In this document: in pieces, positions 39,381 through 53,534 of the stretch
Layout: every line of letters starts with the position of its first letter
How positions within the stretch are numbered: position 1 is the first letter of the stretch
Assembly: GCA_036172245.1 (NCBI GenBank)
Contig: JAYWIR010000007.1
Span: 2,294,001-2,358,000 of the forward strand
Direction of reading: 5' to 3'
DNA: 64,000 bases
From: Raillietiella orientalis
Lineage: Eukaryota
Program-made: the position numbers and the translations under genes
The notes under the pieces: generated by a model
Seen by the model: the letters and a program-made list of their open reading frames with translations, nothing else
Database searches by the model: none
What the model was told of the DNA's origin: nothing

Positions 39381-40395
39381 ATGGAATCATTATTAAGTGG
39401 AGTTTGTAGTGGTGTGTGTACCACGCTTCTGTTTCAGCCACTTGAATTGATAAAAACTAGAGTGCAGTTGCTTTCCAGGTTGTTAGTTTTATTTCCTTGT
39501 TATGTAGTGCATATTGCATGTTAAATTTGTTTTAGTCCCCAACCTCACCGTTTTCTTAGAGTGTCATACAATGTGGTTCACCAGGAAGGATTCACAGCCT
39601 TATGGAAAGGCACTGCTCCTGTATTTAATTTGTCATTAGAATTTTTTACTGTTTGTAGTCCCTACTGCGTTGTGTTCCAGGAATCAGTCTGTATTTCTTT
39701 TATATTGACCTGTTTAAGAATCATATAACAGGTCAGCAGTTAACTGCTAGTCAAGCAGCTTTTGTTGGTGCCCTATCCCGTACTCTTGCTTGCACCTGTG
39801 TTCTACCTGCCACAGTTCTTAAAACTCGGTTTGAGGTAGGAATCTTAGCTATGTAACCCCCAATTGAATATGACCTGCAGAGCAATGCCTTCCACTACAA
39901 GAGTGTGCTTGCAGGATTTCAGGAAATTTTGCAACTAGAAGGAATAAAGGGCTTGTTTCGAGGGTGGTCCTCAACTGTCCTGAGAGATGCCCCTTATTCT
40001 TCATTGTTTCTTGTGTTTTACTCCCAATTATGTTACTGGTCCAGCCTATATGCTAATCTAGAAATGCCCTTAATTTTGGCCAATGCAATAATAGCTGGGT
40101 CACTAGCCAGCCAATGCACCCAGCCTGTAGATGTCATCAAGACTCACGTTCAGGTTCATGCTTGCTCCAATTGGAAGGCTGTGCAAATCATTTACAAAGT
40201 TAGGAAACAAGTACACAAACACAAATCAAAATTTTGTAGGCAGCTGGAGTGCAAGGTTTCTGGAGAGGAACTGTACCTCGCTTGCTTCGACGCACAGGTA
40301 CTACTGCAATATCCTGGACCATTTATGAGGAGGTGAGTAGTGCTCTGAGAACATTTAGCATTCCTAATGTTGCCCAGTTGCATCGACGCCTATGA
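39381..40395 (+). CDS. SLC25A38: Mitochondrial glycine transporter SLC25A38-like (about 262 aa)
   Basis: Exons 39381-39478, 39536-39620, 39659-39835, 39881-40198, 40240-40332 and 40378-40395. TLLFQPLELIKTRVQ, SLLRCVPGISLYF, PATVLKTRFES, LRDAPYSSL, TQPVDVIKT, PRLLRRT...WTIYE. A possible extra micro-exon 39287-39300 would extend the N-terminus. Confidence 0.92.
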
Positions 40396-40542
40396 GGACA
40401 TCCTACCTGACCATCCCAGACCCAAAGAATACACAGAAAGTGCACTTGACAGTGTCACACCGGTCACCACTCAGTATTTGTCCTGGGCTCAGCAGGCAGT
40501 TTAGGAGAAGGGTAGGATAGAACTAGACACCATTGGAAAGAC

Positions 40543-41968
40543 TCAATCTAAACAATCATCAAGGCTCAGCATTTCAATCCCAAGACCAAAGTCACTTGAA
40601 TTAAAGCTTGGTGTTTCATCCAGCATATCTCTGAGCATGTCTATGGCAATGTACAGCCTTTCATCGCGTTCCTCGAGAAACTCCCACAGCAACATACTCT
40701 GTGAAATACCAATTGCACTAAAAGTAATAACACAAAGCAACTTACTGATAAAAATTCTACTTCATTGTCAGCATTATGCCTGCGGCGTCTTGGTGGTCCC
40801 ACATCAGCATGAGTGCCATCAGCATAGGCATGCAAATAAAAGCACTTATTGCCAAAGGGGCATTCTCCTCTTCCCTGCTCAAAGTACTTGCAAGCTTTAT
40901 TGCTATTAGAAATGAAATGCACGTAGCATTTACGTTTTTATCTTCAAACTAGCTTACCTAAGTGCTTTCAAGTACTCCTGGATCAGATGATCTTTTTCTT
41001 CTTTGCTCTCTACCCAGAATTTACTGGGCACAATAAAGTGTGATTCTACACGGCATTCTGGGCATGATCGGATAATGTGATTCTCAAACTGACGAGCCTG
41101 GCGCCATTTGCGAATACAGTTAAGACAGAAGATATGTGTGCAGTTGGGAAGAATACCAAAGCGGCGCTCACTCAGAGGTAGCTTTTCTTGCACAACATCC
41201 ATACAAATTCCACACACTTTGTCCCAAGAACGAGCCACTGCAAATGATAATTCCATATCTCTTTCATGAGCCTGAATGCATTCTTGATTGTGCTGCCGCC
41301 TTTGCTCCTGATCAACAGGATGCAGACAGGCATGGCCACAAAGCTCACACACATCACCATGTATATAAGTACATTCTTCTCCAAAGGGACACTCTCCCAT
41401 CATTGAAAATGGGCACAGCTGTCCCTCTATCAAAGGGTTCTCATCCTTAGGCTTGACCACCTGTGCATAGCTCTTGGGTGGACTCGAGGCTAAAGGAAAA
41501 CTGAGTATTAGGAAAACATTCAGCACTCTTACAGCAGCTTGGTGAAGGCACACTATGTTCAGCATCTATCCATGAGGAACTTGTATCTTGCTCATCTTGT
41601 TGAATTGATGTACCTGCAACAGTGTTTATTATTTGTGGAGATGAGATTTCAGAATTTCTTTGATTTTTATTAAAGACATTATTCCGATTAGGCTTCACAT
41701 GATCATAACTGGAGGAAGAAAAATCAGCCTTTTCAAGCCATTAGACTTTTACTTACATGCACTGACTGCCAAATATACAATGACCCATTAGATAATAACG
41801 GCATATTTGTGAAGGTTTGACTAATGTTGGGTCATGTGAATAGGCACAGCGTTCATTTTTGTTGCATGTTCCAAATTTGTAGTACCTTTGAAGATGATTT
41901 AAATTTACACAGAAATCAGATTTCGGACTTTACCTGCAAGGTACATTCTTTGTCCAACCCTCTGCCAT
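40543..41968 (-). CDS. MKRN1: Makorin RING finger E3 ubiquitin ligase (about 394 aa)
   Basis: Exons 41968-41934, 41885-41757, 41708-41533, 41489-40958, 40902-40746 and 40698-40543. Three N-terminal/central CCCH fingers, Cys-His motif, RING CGICMD...[21 protein letters not shown]...CPECR, and C-terminal [21 protein letters not shown]. Confidence 0.95.
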
Positions 41969-44900
41969 GGAGTTTACAGAACTAACTATATGACAATGCA
42001 CTACTGTTAATTGAGTGAATACACAAAGAACATGTTAAGTAAGACAACTGTTAATTTTATCTCTGATCCTAAGTTATAAAGGTGATTACTAACATATTTC
42101 ATATTTCATGACCAAAAAAGAATGCAATAGTATCTAATAAAACTCATGCATGACATTCAACAAATCATTTCTATATTCCAAGGGGCGATTCTCTTTAAAT
42201 TTTTGTGATTGAAAATGGTTAAGTTTATGCTATCACAACTGCTGCTCAGTACAGAAAAAAACAAATACAACAAATTAAAATACTGGGCTCATATGTAAAA
42301 TGCATCGGACATAGTTAATTTGCAAAGAATTTCCCATGATTCTATCCTGAGTTACGGACCCAATAACTGAAGGATGTGACAAATCTTCCATGAAAACACA
42401 CAGAGTGTTGTTTGCTGAAGATTTCTGACTGTCATACAATACAGAATTAACAATGCAACATGAATGTTGTTAATGGTATTGTTAATACAATGCTGTTTCT
42501 TTTTACACGAAAATACTAGTTTCAAAAAAGCATACTGGTATAAGATCTGAAGTGTCCTGAATGTCTAACATTTCAATTGAAATTAAGAAAATACAAAAGA
42601 CATTTGTTTGAAAGACAAAAAACATTTGTTTTCACGACAAATATTGAGAACTTATTTTACGACGTGAAGCATATGCCCTACATTACAGATGCACTATCTA
42701 TCACACAAGAAACAAAACAAAACTTCAATTATTCAACTTCAACAAATAACAGAGGTGCACACAAATGCACACAAGGTTAACAGCAAACAAAAAATTGAAA
42801 TTTCATTTCACATTAGGATTCACTAGCATTACCTAAAATTTCATCCGCAATTGATCTATTATTACCATACATGTTCAAATTCTAATAAAAATTTCTGATC
42901 GGGGATCTTTTATGGCATATCATCTATGGACACACTGTTAATTTACAGGAGGTCATTCAAATTTCGTTGATACATCTATGATGATTAAGCTTCTATAATT
43001 TTCTGCACAAGTATTTTTTTGATTTTTTCTGATACTGAATACTGACAGTCTGAATAATACGTGAATAGGCAGCCCAAGGAAATTGGGTAACTTTGAAGTG
43101 TTAGCAATAATTTCATCATACGAAACAAAAACATACAAAACTTTATTTGCCAGCGTAATTGTTTCAAAAAGCCTTTGAAGTTACCCGCGTAGGTCTACTA
43201 AAGAAACACTTTTGGCTAACCACCGTTTCAATAAAAAACTCTCCCCTTTACTGGCACAAATCAAGCACTAGTTCAAAAACAATATTCCAGATGTTGAAAA
43301 AAAATGGGTGAAACAGTTACGAAGTAAAACTACACCTAAAGCACAACATAATTCTCAAACATTCAGTATGCCATGCTACAACGTATCGTGGAGACATTAT
43401 TGGAAATCAAATGCATGTCCACCATATTTTCATGCATAACGATCCCCAAAAACACTTACGAGTAACAAGAAGGGGAGGGGGGGGGAGGGGGTGAAGAAAA
43501 AAAAAAAAAAAGGTTGCAGTTACATCAAATGAACATTTTTGGCAGAACAATGCATTCGAACAAATCATCAACCCACAACCTTCCAAAAAAAAAAGGAAAA
43601 AAAAAAAAGAAAAGTCAACCACCTGATATAGTGCAAACTGGCTCTACCCATTTTAAATGCTGCTTGTACCTTTATGAATACATGGCTGAGGTATAACAAA
43701 ATTCTGAACAAGGTTTCCTGCCCCGATCAGGAAAAAAAACACCACAATTCGTGCTTTTGCATTTGTGCGTGCGTACAATCGACGGAATCACAAATCGTCT
43801 CCTCTCCCGACTGCCGATGTTCACCAACGGTGTTAAATGTTTATGTCAGTTGATGCTACTCGGGGACGACTCGCGTGAATGAGCCTGGAAAAAAAAACGA
43901 CTGGGAGAGATAACTCCGACAGGAATACAGATTTTTCCCGCAGGCCAAATGCACACCTTCCCTGACTACACGCGTTTTCCATAATCAGCTTCCATCTTTC
44001 GTACGAAAGCAGCCTGACACCAATTAGTAGGGACTGCTCGTTGATTATCGTATGTATTGAGCTTGCAAATGCATGTCTTCCCCCCCCCCCCCCTGACCTG
44101 GAACCAAAATCTGAAGCTAGCAGTGACACAAAGGCCCAAGAATTACTTATGCGCAAATTTATGGTACACTGCTGTGTACACGAAGATGCCCGGAACGGGC
44201 AGCCAAACGCAAACATGAGCTGTACAGCGTTCTTTGGTTTCGAAGACCGCAGGAGGGGAAGAAAAAGGAAGTGGTAAATTCCATGCTGCTTAGACTTGGA
44301 AGATAATAAAGTTGGGTTATCGGTTTTCCTTTTTTTTCTTCTCCTCCTCGCTGAGATGTCAACCACACTGATTTACTCGACATGAAAGTACCTATGAAAG
44401 GATAAATAAATAATAAAAAAAAAAACATCACTTTGCTCTCGATCATATCGATTTAAGCCTTTAGTTTATATTTAGGCATTTTCTTTTACTAAGAACGTGT
44501 CCACACAACTTGCCCTTCCATATGATCACTGTATAGCATCTGTTTCTCTAAGAAAACATCATAAAAGTTGGTCCAAATGAGAACGAGAAGTTGTCAACGA
44601 TCAGATAAAATCGAATCCTCAGAAACTGACTTTTGTTATTGCAACTGATACTGAATAAAATTCAACTTTTACTGCATACCGTCACATTTGAACAGCTTCA
44701 AATACACCTGTTATTTTGGGGCCAGTGTGCTCCTAAATAAGATTCCCTAACGGCAAGGAAATCCTTGATAAGTTCTAAAGACATGTTGCAGGAGTTAATA
44801 AAGGTTAATAAAGACATGGGTTCAGAACATGGATGATAACATAACCATTTTATTATAGATAAAGTTGGAACAGTTTATGAATCCCAGAGACTTGCTACTA

Positions 44901-47900
44901 TGACAAACATTTTTAGACACAGTTTAGACATGGTAACACATGATAATCTTGTTTTATTTCCTTTGCTTATCATGCTCCATATACAATTCTTTTGGTATAT
45001 TTTTCGAAACTTGGAAAGTGTCAGTTTGCTGCATATGAGGAAAATGTTCATGAGATTATTGATTGATTCAATGCATTCAAGTCTACGCTTAATCAGTTTG
45101 TTTGCAATTAATTATTGATTTCCCTTTTTCCTTATCTTTTTCTGCTTCCATAATAAACTCTGCCAGACAAAGGGATTGGACTACAGTTCCACTTATTACC
45201 TCTTGAGTGCTAAAGAGTTGTGGATGATCGCAGCTGAAGTGTCATCAAGTTCATTTTTCTGCTGCTAACGTAGTTCCGTGTATACTTTTTCACATCTAAA
45301 CCAAACTGATTTCCATCATCACTTCCTGCAAGTTCTGTTATGTTAGTTCAAACATGCACCTTCAGTTTGGCATGCTCATACTTGGATGCTTTGCTTTGCT
45401 TCGCCTTTTGGAAAGCCATGCCCCCGAGCCAAGATGGCTCATCCAGAACCAACCGTGATTTCCGTATGGACTCTTTCAGCATTCTAGCCGTTCACTTTGA
45501 ACTTCATTCTCACCGTGAGAGGATCCTTAGTCAAGCCTTTTTGCTTTGTGCTTGACAGTGCTGTTGGTATACATTTGTCCCAGTGATCTTTTTAGATTGT
45601 GCATGAAATGTGCATTTCTCACACTTGTCGTATTCCTCCTATCCGGGACAGAGCTGAAATGGCAATCCGATCATCACATTCTGCATACCCCCAAATGCTC
45701 ATTTCCATTTGGTGACGTGCGTTCCAAAACTCGAGGGGAAATGGAGTTCGAGAGTCAATCTTTTGGAAATTCTAAAGCGCAAGAAACGATAGAGGACGCT
45801 CGGAATGAAATTCTTTCATCGTTATTCGCATGTGATGCAAAGTTTTTCTCCTTCTTCAAAGTGGAAGCAGTGTTCCTGCTTTCTATTTGATGGCAATGCT
45901 CTGTTTGAAAACGAACTTAAAAAATGCCAGGATCAAGAAACCACGTCTTCTTTCGGGGAATGCTTAGATTCCCTTTAGCAGAAAACTAACTGACGTTAAA
46001 GGAAGCACAATAGCAGCAAAATTCGCTTGAAAAATAAAGATTCACTCTGTATTTTTTGATGCTGTCAATGAAAGTCTTGGAAATATTGTCAGAGTACTGG
46101 TTTGAAAGATTCATTCCATCCGTAAAGACTGCTGTTTATGGCATCATTGCGATGACGCATAGTAACGACCATTCAACCGCCCGTGCTTTTCCAGAGCAAC
46201 GAGGAGCCGTTGGTATGGGTTCAAAATTGAAAGAATTCCGACTGTGCTTATCGGATACAATTTGGCCTGAACCGGCATCACGTGAGTGCCTTAATCACTA
46301 CACCGCTGTCTAATTAAACCACACAACCACAGTCTAATTAAACAAACTGTGCCATCATTTCATTTCGTGCCCAAGGAAATGAGCATGTCGTCCCGGTGTT
46401 TCAAACCGCCAACAGCTACTGTGTGATGGAAACTAAACTTTCGGGTTTCTGCAGCTGGGATGAACTCGAGGCTTCACTTAATGGAGTGGATTTGAGATGA
46501 GGTGCAAATGAGCTGCCTTGAATAATTTGAAATTTTGGAACGAAGCATACTAAAGTACAGGAGAATTGACTGTTCGGAAGAAACTTTGCGGAGGGCAATT
46601 CTGTATGGAATTTGAAATTTCCTGAAACGACAACAGCTCGCATCACTGTAAATGTGTCGCTCTCCGCAAGACAAATCAAATATGAAGGGGGGATGGATGA
46701 TGCCGACAGTCAGTCTCCCGTGTAGTCAAGGTTATCTTTGATGTCCTTGCAGATCTGTTCTGATGCCAGAATTTCCAGAATTTTCTCTTGAATCCTTCGT
46801 GAGCTTGGGTGGATGTTGTGCGTCTGCTGATTTCGATGCATCGAACTGCATGACAACCGGTTGTACGTGAGTTCACTCGGAGCTGGTCTGCTTTCGTGGA
46901 AACGGCCTCCGTCCAAACGTCGAAAACCGGGAGTTCAAGCTGTGACCCCTATCAGCCGTATCATTCGACGATGGCAGTGGCTCGACTATGTATGTGGTTT
47001 TAACTGGGCACGTGCGGGCCACAGTTGGCGCGTTTGTAGATCCTTTAGTAAGTATCGTTTCATTCTTCCTCTTATGAAACGTCGATCAGATTCCTACGAA
47101 CAACGGCGTTAAAGTTCTTCGACACGGTTCCACGCCACCCGAGGATGGACAATTCTTCAAGATAAGGGGCACCCCGGGAGGGCTCCGCCCTATGAATCCA
47201 GGAAGGACTCGGAGTCGATTCCTCTCACTCCTGGGGAGGGATCCCCGGAAATGGAGACCACCTCTACCTTGGTTGTCTCCGAAGGGGAATCCCGAAGGGA
47301 ATCTCCTTCCTATTCTCTCCGTCCATTTTTTCTTCTCTGAAGGGAACCCAGAAAGAATCCGCTACTGGAATTCTTCTCCGGAGGGATCCCCTGCAAGGGA
47401 TCCGCTCCTGTTTACTCCTCTAAAGATAACCCAGAAGGGACGCTTCGGACATTCATAAGGGCGCTGCTTCCCTGAAGGGATCTGCTCGCTTCTCTACACT
47501 CTCTGGAGAGGTGGTGGCGAGACACACCTACTCCATCAGTACGACGCGAAGGGGTTCCTCCCCGAGATGGGGGATCCACTCCTTCACAACCGGAGGGAAG
47601 CTCCCACTGCGTGATTCCTGGAAGGACCCGGAGGTCGACTCCCATTTGTCCCGGCCCTCATCGGGGGCATCCGGTTTGAACCGCTACCAGTCCCGCACCT
47701 GGATGAATGTAGGCCAACCGGCGTCATCTTTTGGGGTGAACTCGGGACCCACGACGCACTGCGTCGATTCAGTTCGGGGTATTCGAACCCACGACGCATG
47801 GTGATGCCACGCGCGGAGACACTGTACTGCCAAGAAAAAGCTCTTCAGGCCTCTGAAATCCACAATTTCGAAGCCAAAGGGGATGTTTTGGAAGTGCACC

Positions 47901-50900
47901 GGTGGGACTCTGCAATTTCAAGCAGAAAACAAGCCCACCAAGCAAGGCGAGACGGCTGAATCAATAAGTGGGGAACTCCACCATCTTCCAGTGGCAGACG
48001 CTTCCCCCTCCCTCCCTCTTCTACAAAACTTTTCTTTCTTGTGACTGTTTGCACACGTGTTCCGTCCGTTTTCCAGAATGACTTCTACGATTCTTGCTTT
48101 CGCTCAATTGAGATGTGCGCTCACATCGTGCTTCGCGAGCTGCTTAAAAGTCCTCGGAAGGCAAATACGTTGAGCACCGTTCGATGCCACTGGCTACTTT
48201 CAGTTGCTTGCAGTTGGCAAAGTTCGGACAGACACACCAGCACCAGCATGCATTCGATCATGCTGAAGTTCCATCGCTCTGCACGATTCCCATCCTCGTG
48301 CTGTTGCGTCGATCCACAACGACGAGAGAGGATCACCCGTGAAGATCTAATATTTGTGCAGGAACTTGGGTTGCTGCTTGGTCTACGGAGCAATCAGCAG
48401 CCAGGAAGGTCCAGAAACATTCACTGGCTTCGGGAATTCCAGCAGCCTCAGCCGAAAGATGATGACGAAAATATGCAACCGTTCTCAGTCATCAACGAGC
48501 ACAAGGTTAGGTTTCCAAGCAACGTGACCGGGAAAGATCCTTAACACAAAAGATGCCTCTATGAGAGACAAGGGAAGAGGAAGGAGGCCAATAAAAAAGG
48601 AAGCGACTGATTCCGTGAAAACATTTCAAGGGAAACGATCGTCTGGAAGCTCTGTCCGGATGCTTGGAATGATGCTGTGAGCACAAGCTGATTATTTTTT
48701 CCTCCTTCCAGAAACTGCATTTCTTTCGGTCGGAGCCTCGCTCAGCTGTGATGAAGCCGGAATTTGGAAATGCGTGGTCGAATTAGCGAGACGGTGTCGA
48801 TGGTAACCGGAAGTAGAATAAGCAGCAAAGATATACCTGATGTCCAGAAAGAATGGCCGAGAGATGCAACTGGCTGCAAAAGAGGCAAGGAGTCGACGGC
48901 CAGGGCAAGAAACAGGAGTTGCCACCGAGTGCCGCACAGATAGGATTATCGCGGGAAAAAACCGAAGATGACATCACTTGCTTGTCCGCATGGGGGCAAA
49001 GGATGATACAACGTAACAGAGCATGCGAGGCCCGACGCCTTCCTGGAGGCGATGTATCTTGAAGACAGTCGCTACAGTAATTTTTTTTTTTTCTTCTTTT
49101 TAACTCCTTGCTCCTCCACGGAATAATGCACGAAGGTGTTACGAACCCGTGCAGAGAAACACGCACACGTGCAGTTTGAAGGCGTGCACATAAAGCCGCT
49201 ACCGTTCCATGCCCACTTCAACACATTACCGTCCTGATGCCTCACAATCGGGTCGCGCCGACTGATGTCCACCAAGTCAGCGATCGGCCGATCAGCGACC
49301 ATTTGATCACTACATCATCACAACGACGGCACTGTACAAAGGGCATGCAACACACGCTGAGTGGGAAACGATGCTCGGAGAAACACGGACACAAGCGTAT
49401 CTTCGAGACGTAACTCATGCACTGGCTTTTGCGATCCAACCACTCGCATCTTCCTGGCATTCGGAAGACCGACTACGTTCAATGGGCGTCAAATGGACTG
49501 GGGCCTGCCTCCTTCGACGAATGTTACTTTCACTCAAAATTCTCTCATCGATTGGACACCAAACACCAAGCCGAATCAATGAGAAGGAACAAGGGCGACA
49601 GCTTTTTTTTTTTTTTTTTTTCCCGCTCCTGAACACAATTCGTTGTTTCCAGCCTTCAGAGCAAGGAATAACCTTTCATTTTTCTTGATCTTCGCCTATG
49701 ATAACTACGGAGGGACACTCCAAGAAGGCAACCATCCACGCGCACCAAACGGTTTCAATCCGGCGCATAGCAGATGCTGGGATCGCGTCTCGTGGGGCTG
49801 CTGCACCGGAAAAGCGTGCCATCGGTCCACGGACCCGTTTCTATGGAGAGGCTCGCAGGTTCCAGAGAGAAGTATAGAGTTTTCGAGTACGCAGTCCGGA
49901 ACCTGGTTATCCCGGCAACCCCAAGACGCGCAGTTGGCTGGCCCTACTTTCACGTGAGTGATGCAAATCGGTCCGATCGGGACTTTTCGTCCTCCGCTGG
50001 GTACCTGCTCGAAGCTCTCGATCTGCTGCTGCCGCCCGACTCGACGGCGCACAAGCGAGAGGCTGCTCCCGCATGGCAACATGAGCGCCGCGACACGCCA
50101 ACGGGACAGCGAACGTGGACTACTGCTTCTTTCGCTCGTTTTTCTTCTTCCTTTTGCTTCCTTTTGAGAGCCCCTCTGTAAGCTTACTGGAAAGCCCGCG
50201 CGCCAGGCAGGGCACGGAATCTGCGGATTCTTCCGAGCCAAGTTTCCGACGCACGCCACTGCGAGGTCCACACGGCCACTGGCTTGCGTGCTCCTCTGCG
50301 AAAAGGGAAGATCCAACTGTCTGCTGCTTCGCAGATCGTGCACGAGCTCGGCGGTGTGAGATGACGCCGTGACTAGGCAACGGAGAGAGTCTAGCCCAGA
50401 CACACCGACACACGCGGTCCTTACGTCAAGTGTGCGCTTACCATCGGCGTGGAGCGTTGCCGTACTCGGGTAGGTTCCTCTCTCCCTCTCCCGTTTTTTG
50501 TCGTCCAAGATGGCTGCGCGGTTTCTACTGGTGTTTCCCTCCATTGGCATTCGATTGGATCGACTCCTTCTCGGCAACCATTACGATCCCATCCCTTTTC
50601 CTGCGTCTGGGCCAATTTGAGCGGCGCGCGGAGACGACACGTCAGCTCGTTGCCATCACACACAAGACGCGCGCCTGCATACCGTGGAAGGGCGAACTGC
50701 ATTTCTACGTGGATGGTAGAATTTTCTTGACGGTAAAGAGTGAAGCACCACCCCTCCGGGGACAACGATGAAATGAATACAGGAAAAATGCCATGGACGC
50801 CACGTTTATTTGCTGAAGGCGTACACGAACGTGCGCGGGGGAGGGGGCGGTTTCCGACTCGTTTCTCGTCACCAAGTCGAAAAAGGAGAAAAAATCCACT

Positions 50901-53437
50901 ATGTGCAAAAGATCCGAACATCGAAGAGATCTTCGGGTCTGGGGAACATCCGCTACAGCTTCTTCGGTAGACCTGCCCGGCAGATCCGCAGGCGACCTCC
51001 GCCGCATTCACTGCGCTCCCCAGGGAACACTTTGAAGCGCTACTTTTCCTGCGCAGCGCTCGCTTGTTCCGCACCAGTGCTGGACGAGCCGCCGCTGCCA
51101 GAGGCAGGAGCAGCCTCGTCTGCTGTGTTCTGCCCGAATCTCAGCTTCCTCATCCCGGGGCGGTAGATCTCGAGCGATGGGCGGTCCTAGGGGCCGGCTG
51201 GTCACGGAAAGGCTTTTCGAAGGGCCCGTACCTTGTTCCTTATCCTTCTCTCAAGCCGCGGATCTTTCACGGATTCCGAAGCTTCGCTCTTTTTACTTTC
51301 TGCAGGAAACTTCGCAGCCTCGTTGTTGTTGCTTTTGGGAAGAAGACTTTCGCTCTGGTTCGAAATCTCTTCGGCATCTACACCAGCATTGGTGTTTCCC
51401 TCTTCTTCACATGGCAATCTGATTTTTTTTAAAAAAAAAAAATGGGGGGGGAGGGGGACGCGAAAGATTAGTTTCATTGAGAATGCAACGAGGCTCACCC
51501 TTCCGAGAGGTCATCATAGTTCGCGGACTTTGACATCTCCGGAGATTTTTGCTTCCTCTTCTCGCTTTTCCCCACTTTTTTTTCGAATTTCTTTTTTGTG
51601 CCGAAGCTACTAGCAGTCTTCATCGTGAGTCGAGGTTCACTTGATCTTCTCTCGAATTCTCTAAATTCTGTAATGTCTGTAGCAGTATTTACATGCTCCC
51701 GACCAGCATCATCTTTTCTCATCAGCTAAAGTTACGTTCCACTTACAAAATGTAAAGCTTCACAGGGTTATGGTAACTTGGAATTCAACATGCATCACAG
51801 ACAACATCTGACACAAGCATCAATTGACATAAGTTTCGGCTCGGCCTGGAGGTGGCTTTCGATCCGAGCGCCATTCCCAGACCATCCCTACTGCATTCGA
51901 AATCTCAAAGGGCCGTAAACGACGCTAAACGACGTGCACTTCACGTCTGGGACTGCGAGTCGGTGTCCCCGGGAACCTGGAGCAACGGCGGCCTCCTACG
52001 TTCAAGAGCTTGGAAGGAGTCGAAGGGCACTCGTCTTGCGCTGTTCCGTGACTGTTTTCGAAGGGCACCCAACTGCGGGCAGGCGCTGCATTTGGGGGGC
52101 CTGCGATTCTGAAAGCAAGCACGAGAACTCGCTCGGCAAGCGATCAGGAGAGTTGGCCACCCTTTTGCAGCCGGGAAGGCAAACAAACGGTCATTCCCTT
52201 AGCAGATCCGTCCCGCTGCCACAGACGAATCGTTCCTTCCACTGGAGGGAGGAGGGTCACGCCCAGCGTGGTCTGTACCGCCGACTCGATGCCGCACCAT
52301 CAGTAACAGTCCAATGATCACACATAAGAGAAAGAAAGGCCTGCGTGGAGCGCCGCTGCCTTTTTGTCTGCGGACCGCGAATCCCGTATTCCGCAACGGC
52401 ACGAGCAAAACGCAAGGAATGGTGTCAAGAGGAACGCCTACAGAGCAAGAAGTGATGCTTCCGAGAAGGAACAAAAGCATAAACTCGCGACTGCCTCGGG
52501 ATTTCACGAAGGAGCGACTTCCGAATTGTCCTTCGCGGATAGTGCACACACGGGAAACGCCGACACACGTACGATCGATTCCAAAAAGCAGAGTCCCCTT
52601 GGAGGTAGGGGACCGAGGCAGCAGGAAAATTCAAAAACAGTTCTGGAGGGGAATCCTGGTCGTCACAACTACAAATTGATTCTTCTGTGAAGCAACGAGA
52701 TTGCGCGGTCGGGAAGAATTCTTGCTTTCCCCACGAAACACCGATCTTCCTACCCTCCATGCAAAAAACAGATCAGTACAAAATAGCCACTCTCATGTAC
52801 AATTCGGCACGTAGGAGGAACCTGCATTTACAGAACGGAATCCGGACCCACATCTACGGAAGCATACCTATGGCTGAAAGCTTTCGGTTTCCAAGCTACA
52901 GGGGAAATGGTTACCCTCCAGGAAAAGTGACCAACCGGGCATTGCAAAGGCGCTGCAGTTGCCGATTATAGTAGGTGAACAATGACTCATTATACTTACG
53001 TGTCATTACTGTATGTACGATCACATATACATCCGGGCCTTAATTCAAAGTTTGTTAGTTTGTTTGTTTGTTTGTTTGTTTTTTTTTTAAAAAAAAAAAA
53101 TTTGAATGGTAGATGGATAAACACAACCAATAAAACGAAAAAGCATCCCACAAATCACACCTTTTACAGAGCTTTCAAAATGAAAGGCCATCGTCTATTG
53201 GAATGTTCGTTTATTCACAAGTCTTTACAGATGAAAACGCATAGGAGATAATTTTGCAAGCTCGAAGTTCGAAATGGAGGAACAATTCCATTTTCCATAT
53301 TAGGGCACCTTACGGTTAGCTACGATACTTAGTTATGGTTTCAAAAAGAAGAAACAAATCTCAATTTTCCGTCCATGATTCCCACAGATTCAACAAAAAA
53401 GTTTCTACGATTTGATTCCGCACATGATCTGAGCCGC

Positions 53438-53481
53438 TGGGGGGGTGGGGGAGGAGGGGGGAAAGGGGGGAGGGGGAGGGC
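53438..53481 (+). other. G-run cluster with G-quadruplex potential
   Basis: Six runs of three or more G with short loops, about 55 nt past the predicted UPF3 stop (C-rich on the mRNA strand). Confidence 0.6.
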
Positions 53482-53534
53482 AGCAAAAGCAAAAGCAAAG
53501 CGTACAAAGATAATGAAACCGGGAATCAAAAATG

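Noticed and set aside
44920..45560. Lys/Glu-rich coiled-coil-like fragments on the minus strand
   Set aside because: Multiple stops and no identifiable motif; cannot be told apart from biased composition.
47160..47700. Collagen-like (Gly-X-Y) look from GGA/CC-rich sequence
   Set aside because: No sustained Gly-X-Y periodicity in any frame.
47770..47800. tRNA T-arm-like GTGGGTTCGAAT on the minus strand
   Set aside because: No matching T-stem, acceptor stem or D/anticodon arms.
49705..50577. 290-aa minus-strand ORF and the many overlapping 60-220 aa ORFs in GC-rich blocks
   Set aside because: Arg/Ser/Pro/Gly-rich, overlapping in several frames, with no domains; expected by chance in GC-rich DNA.
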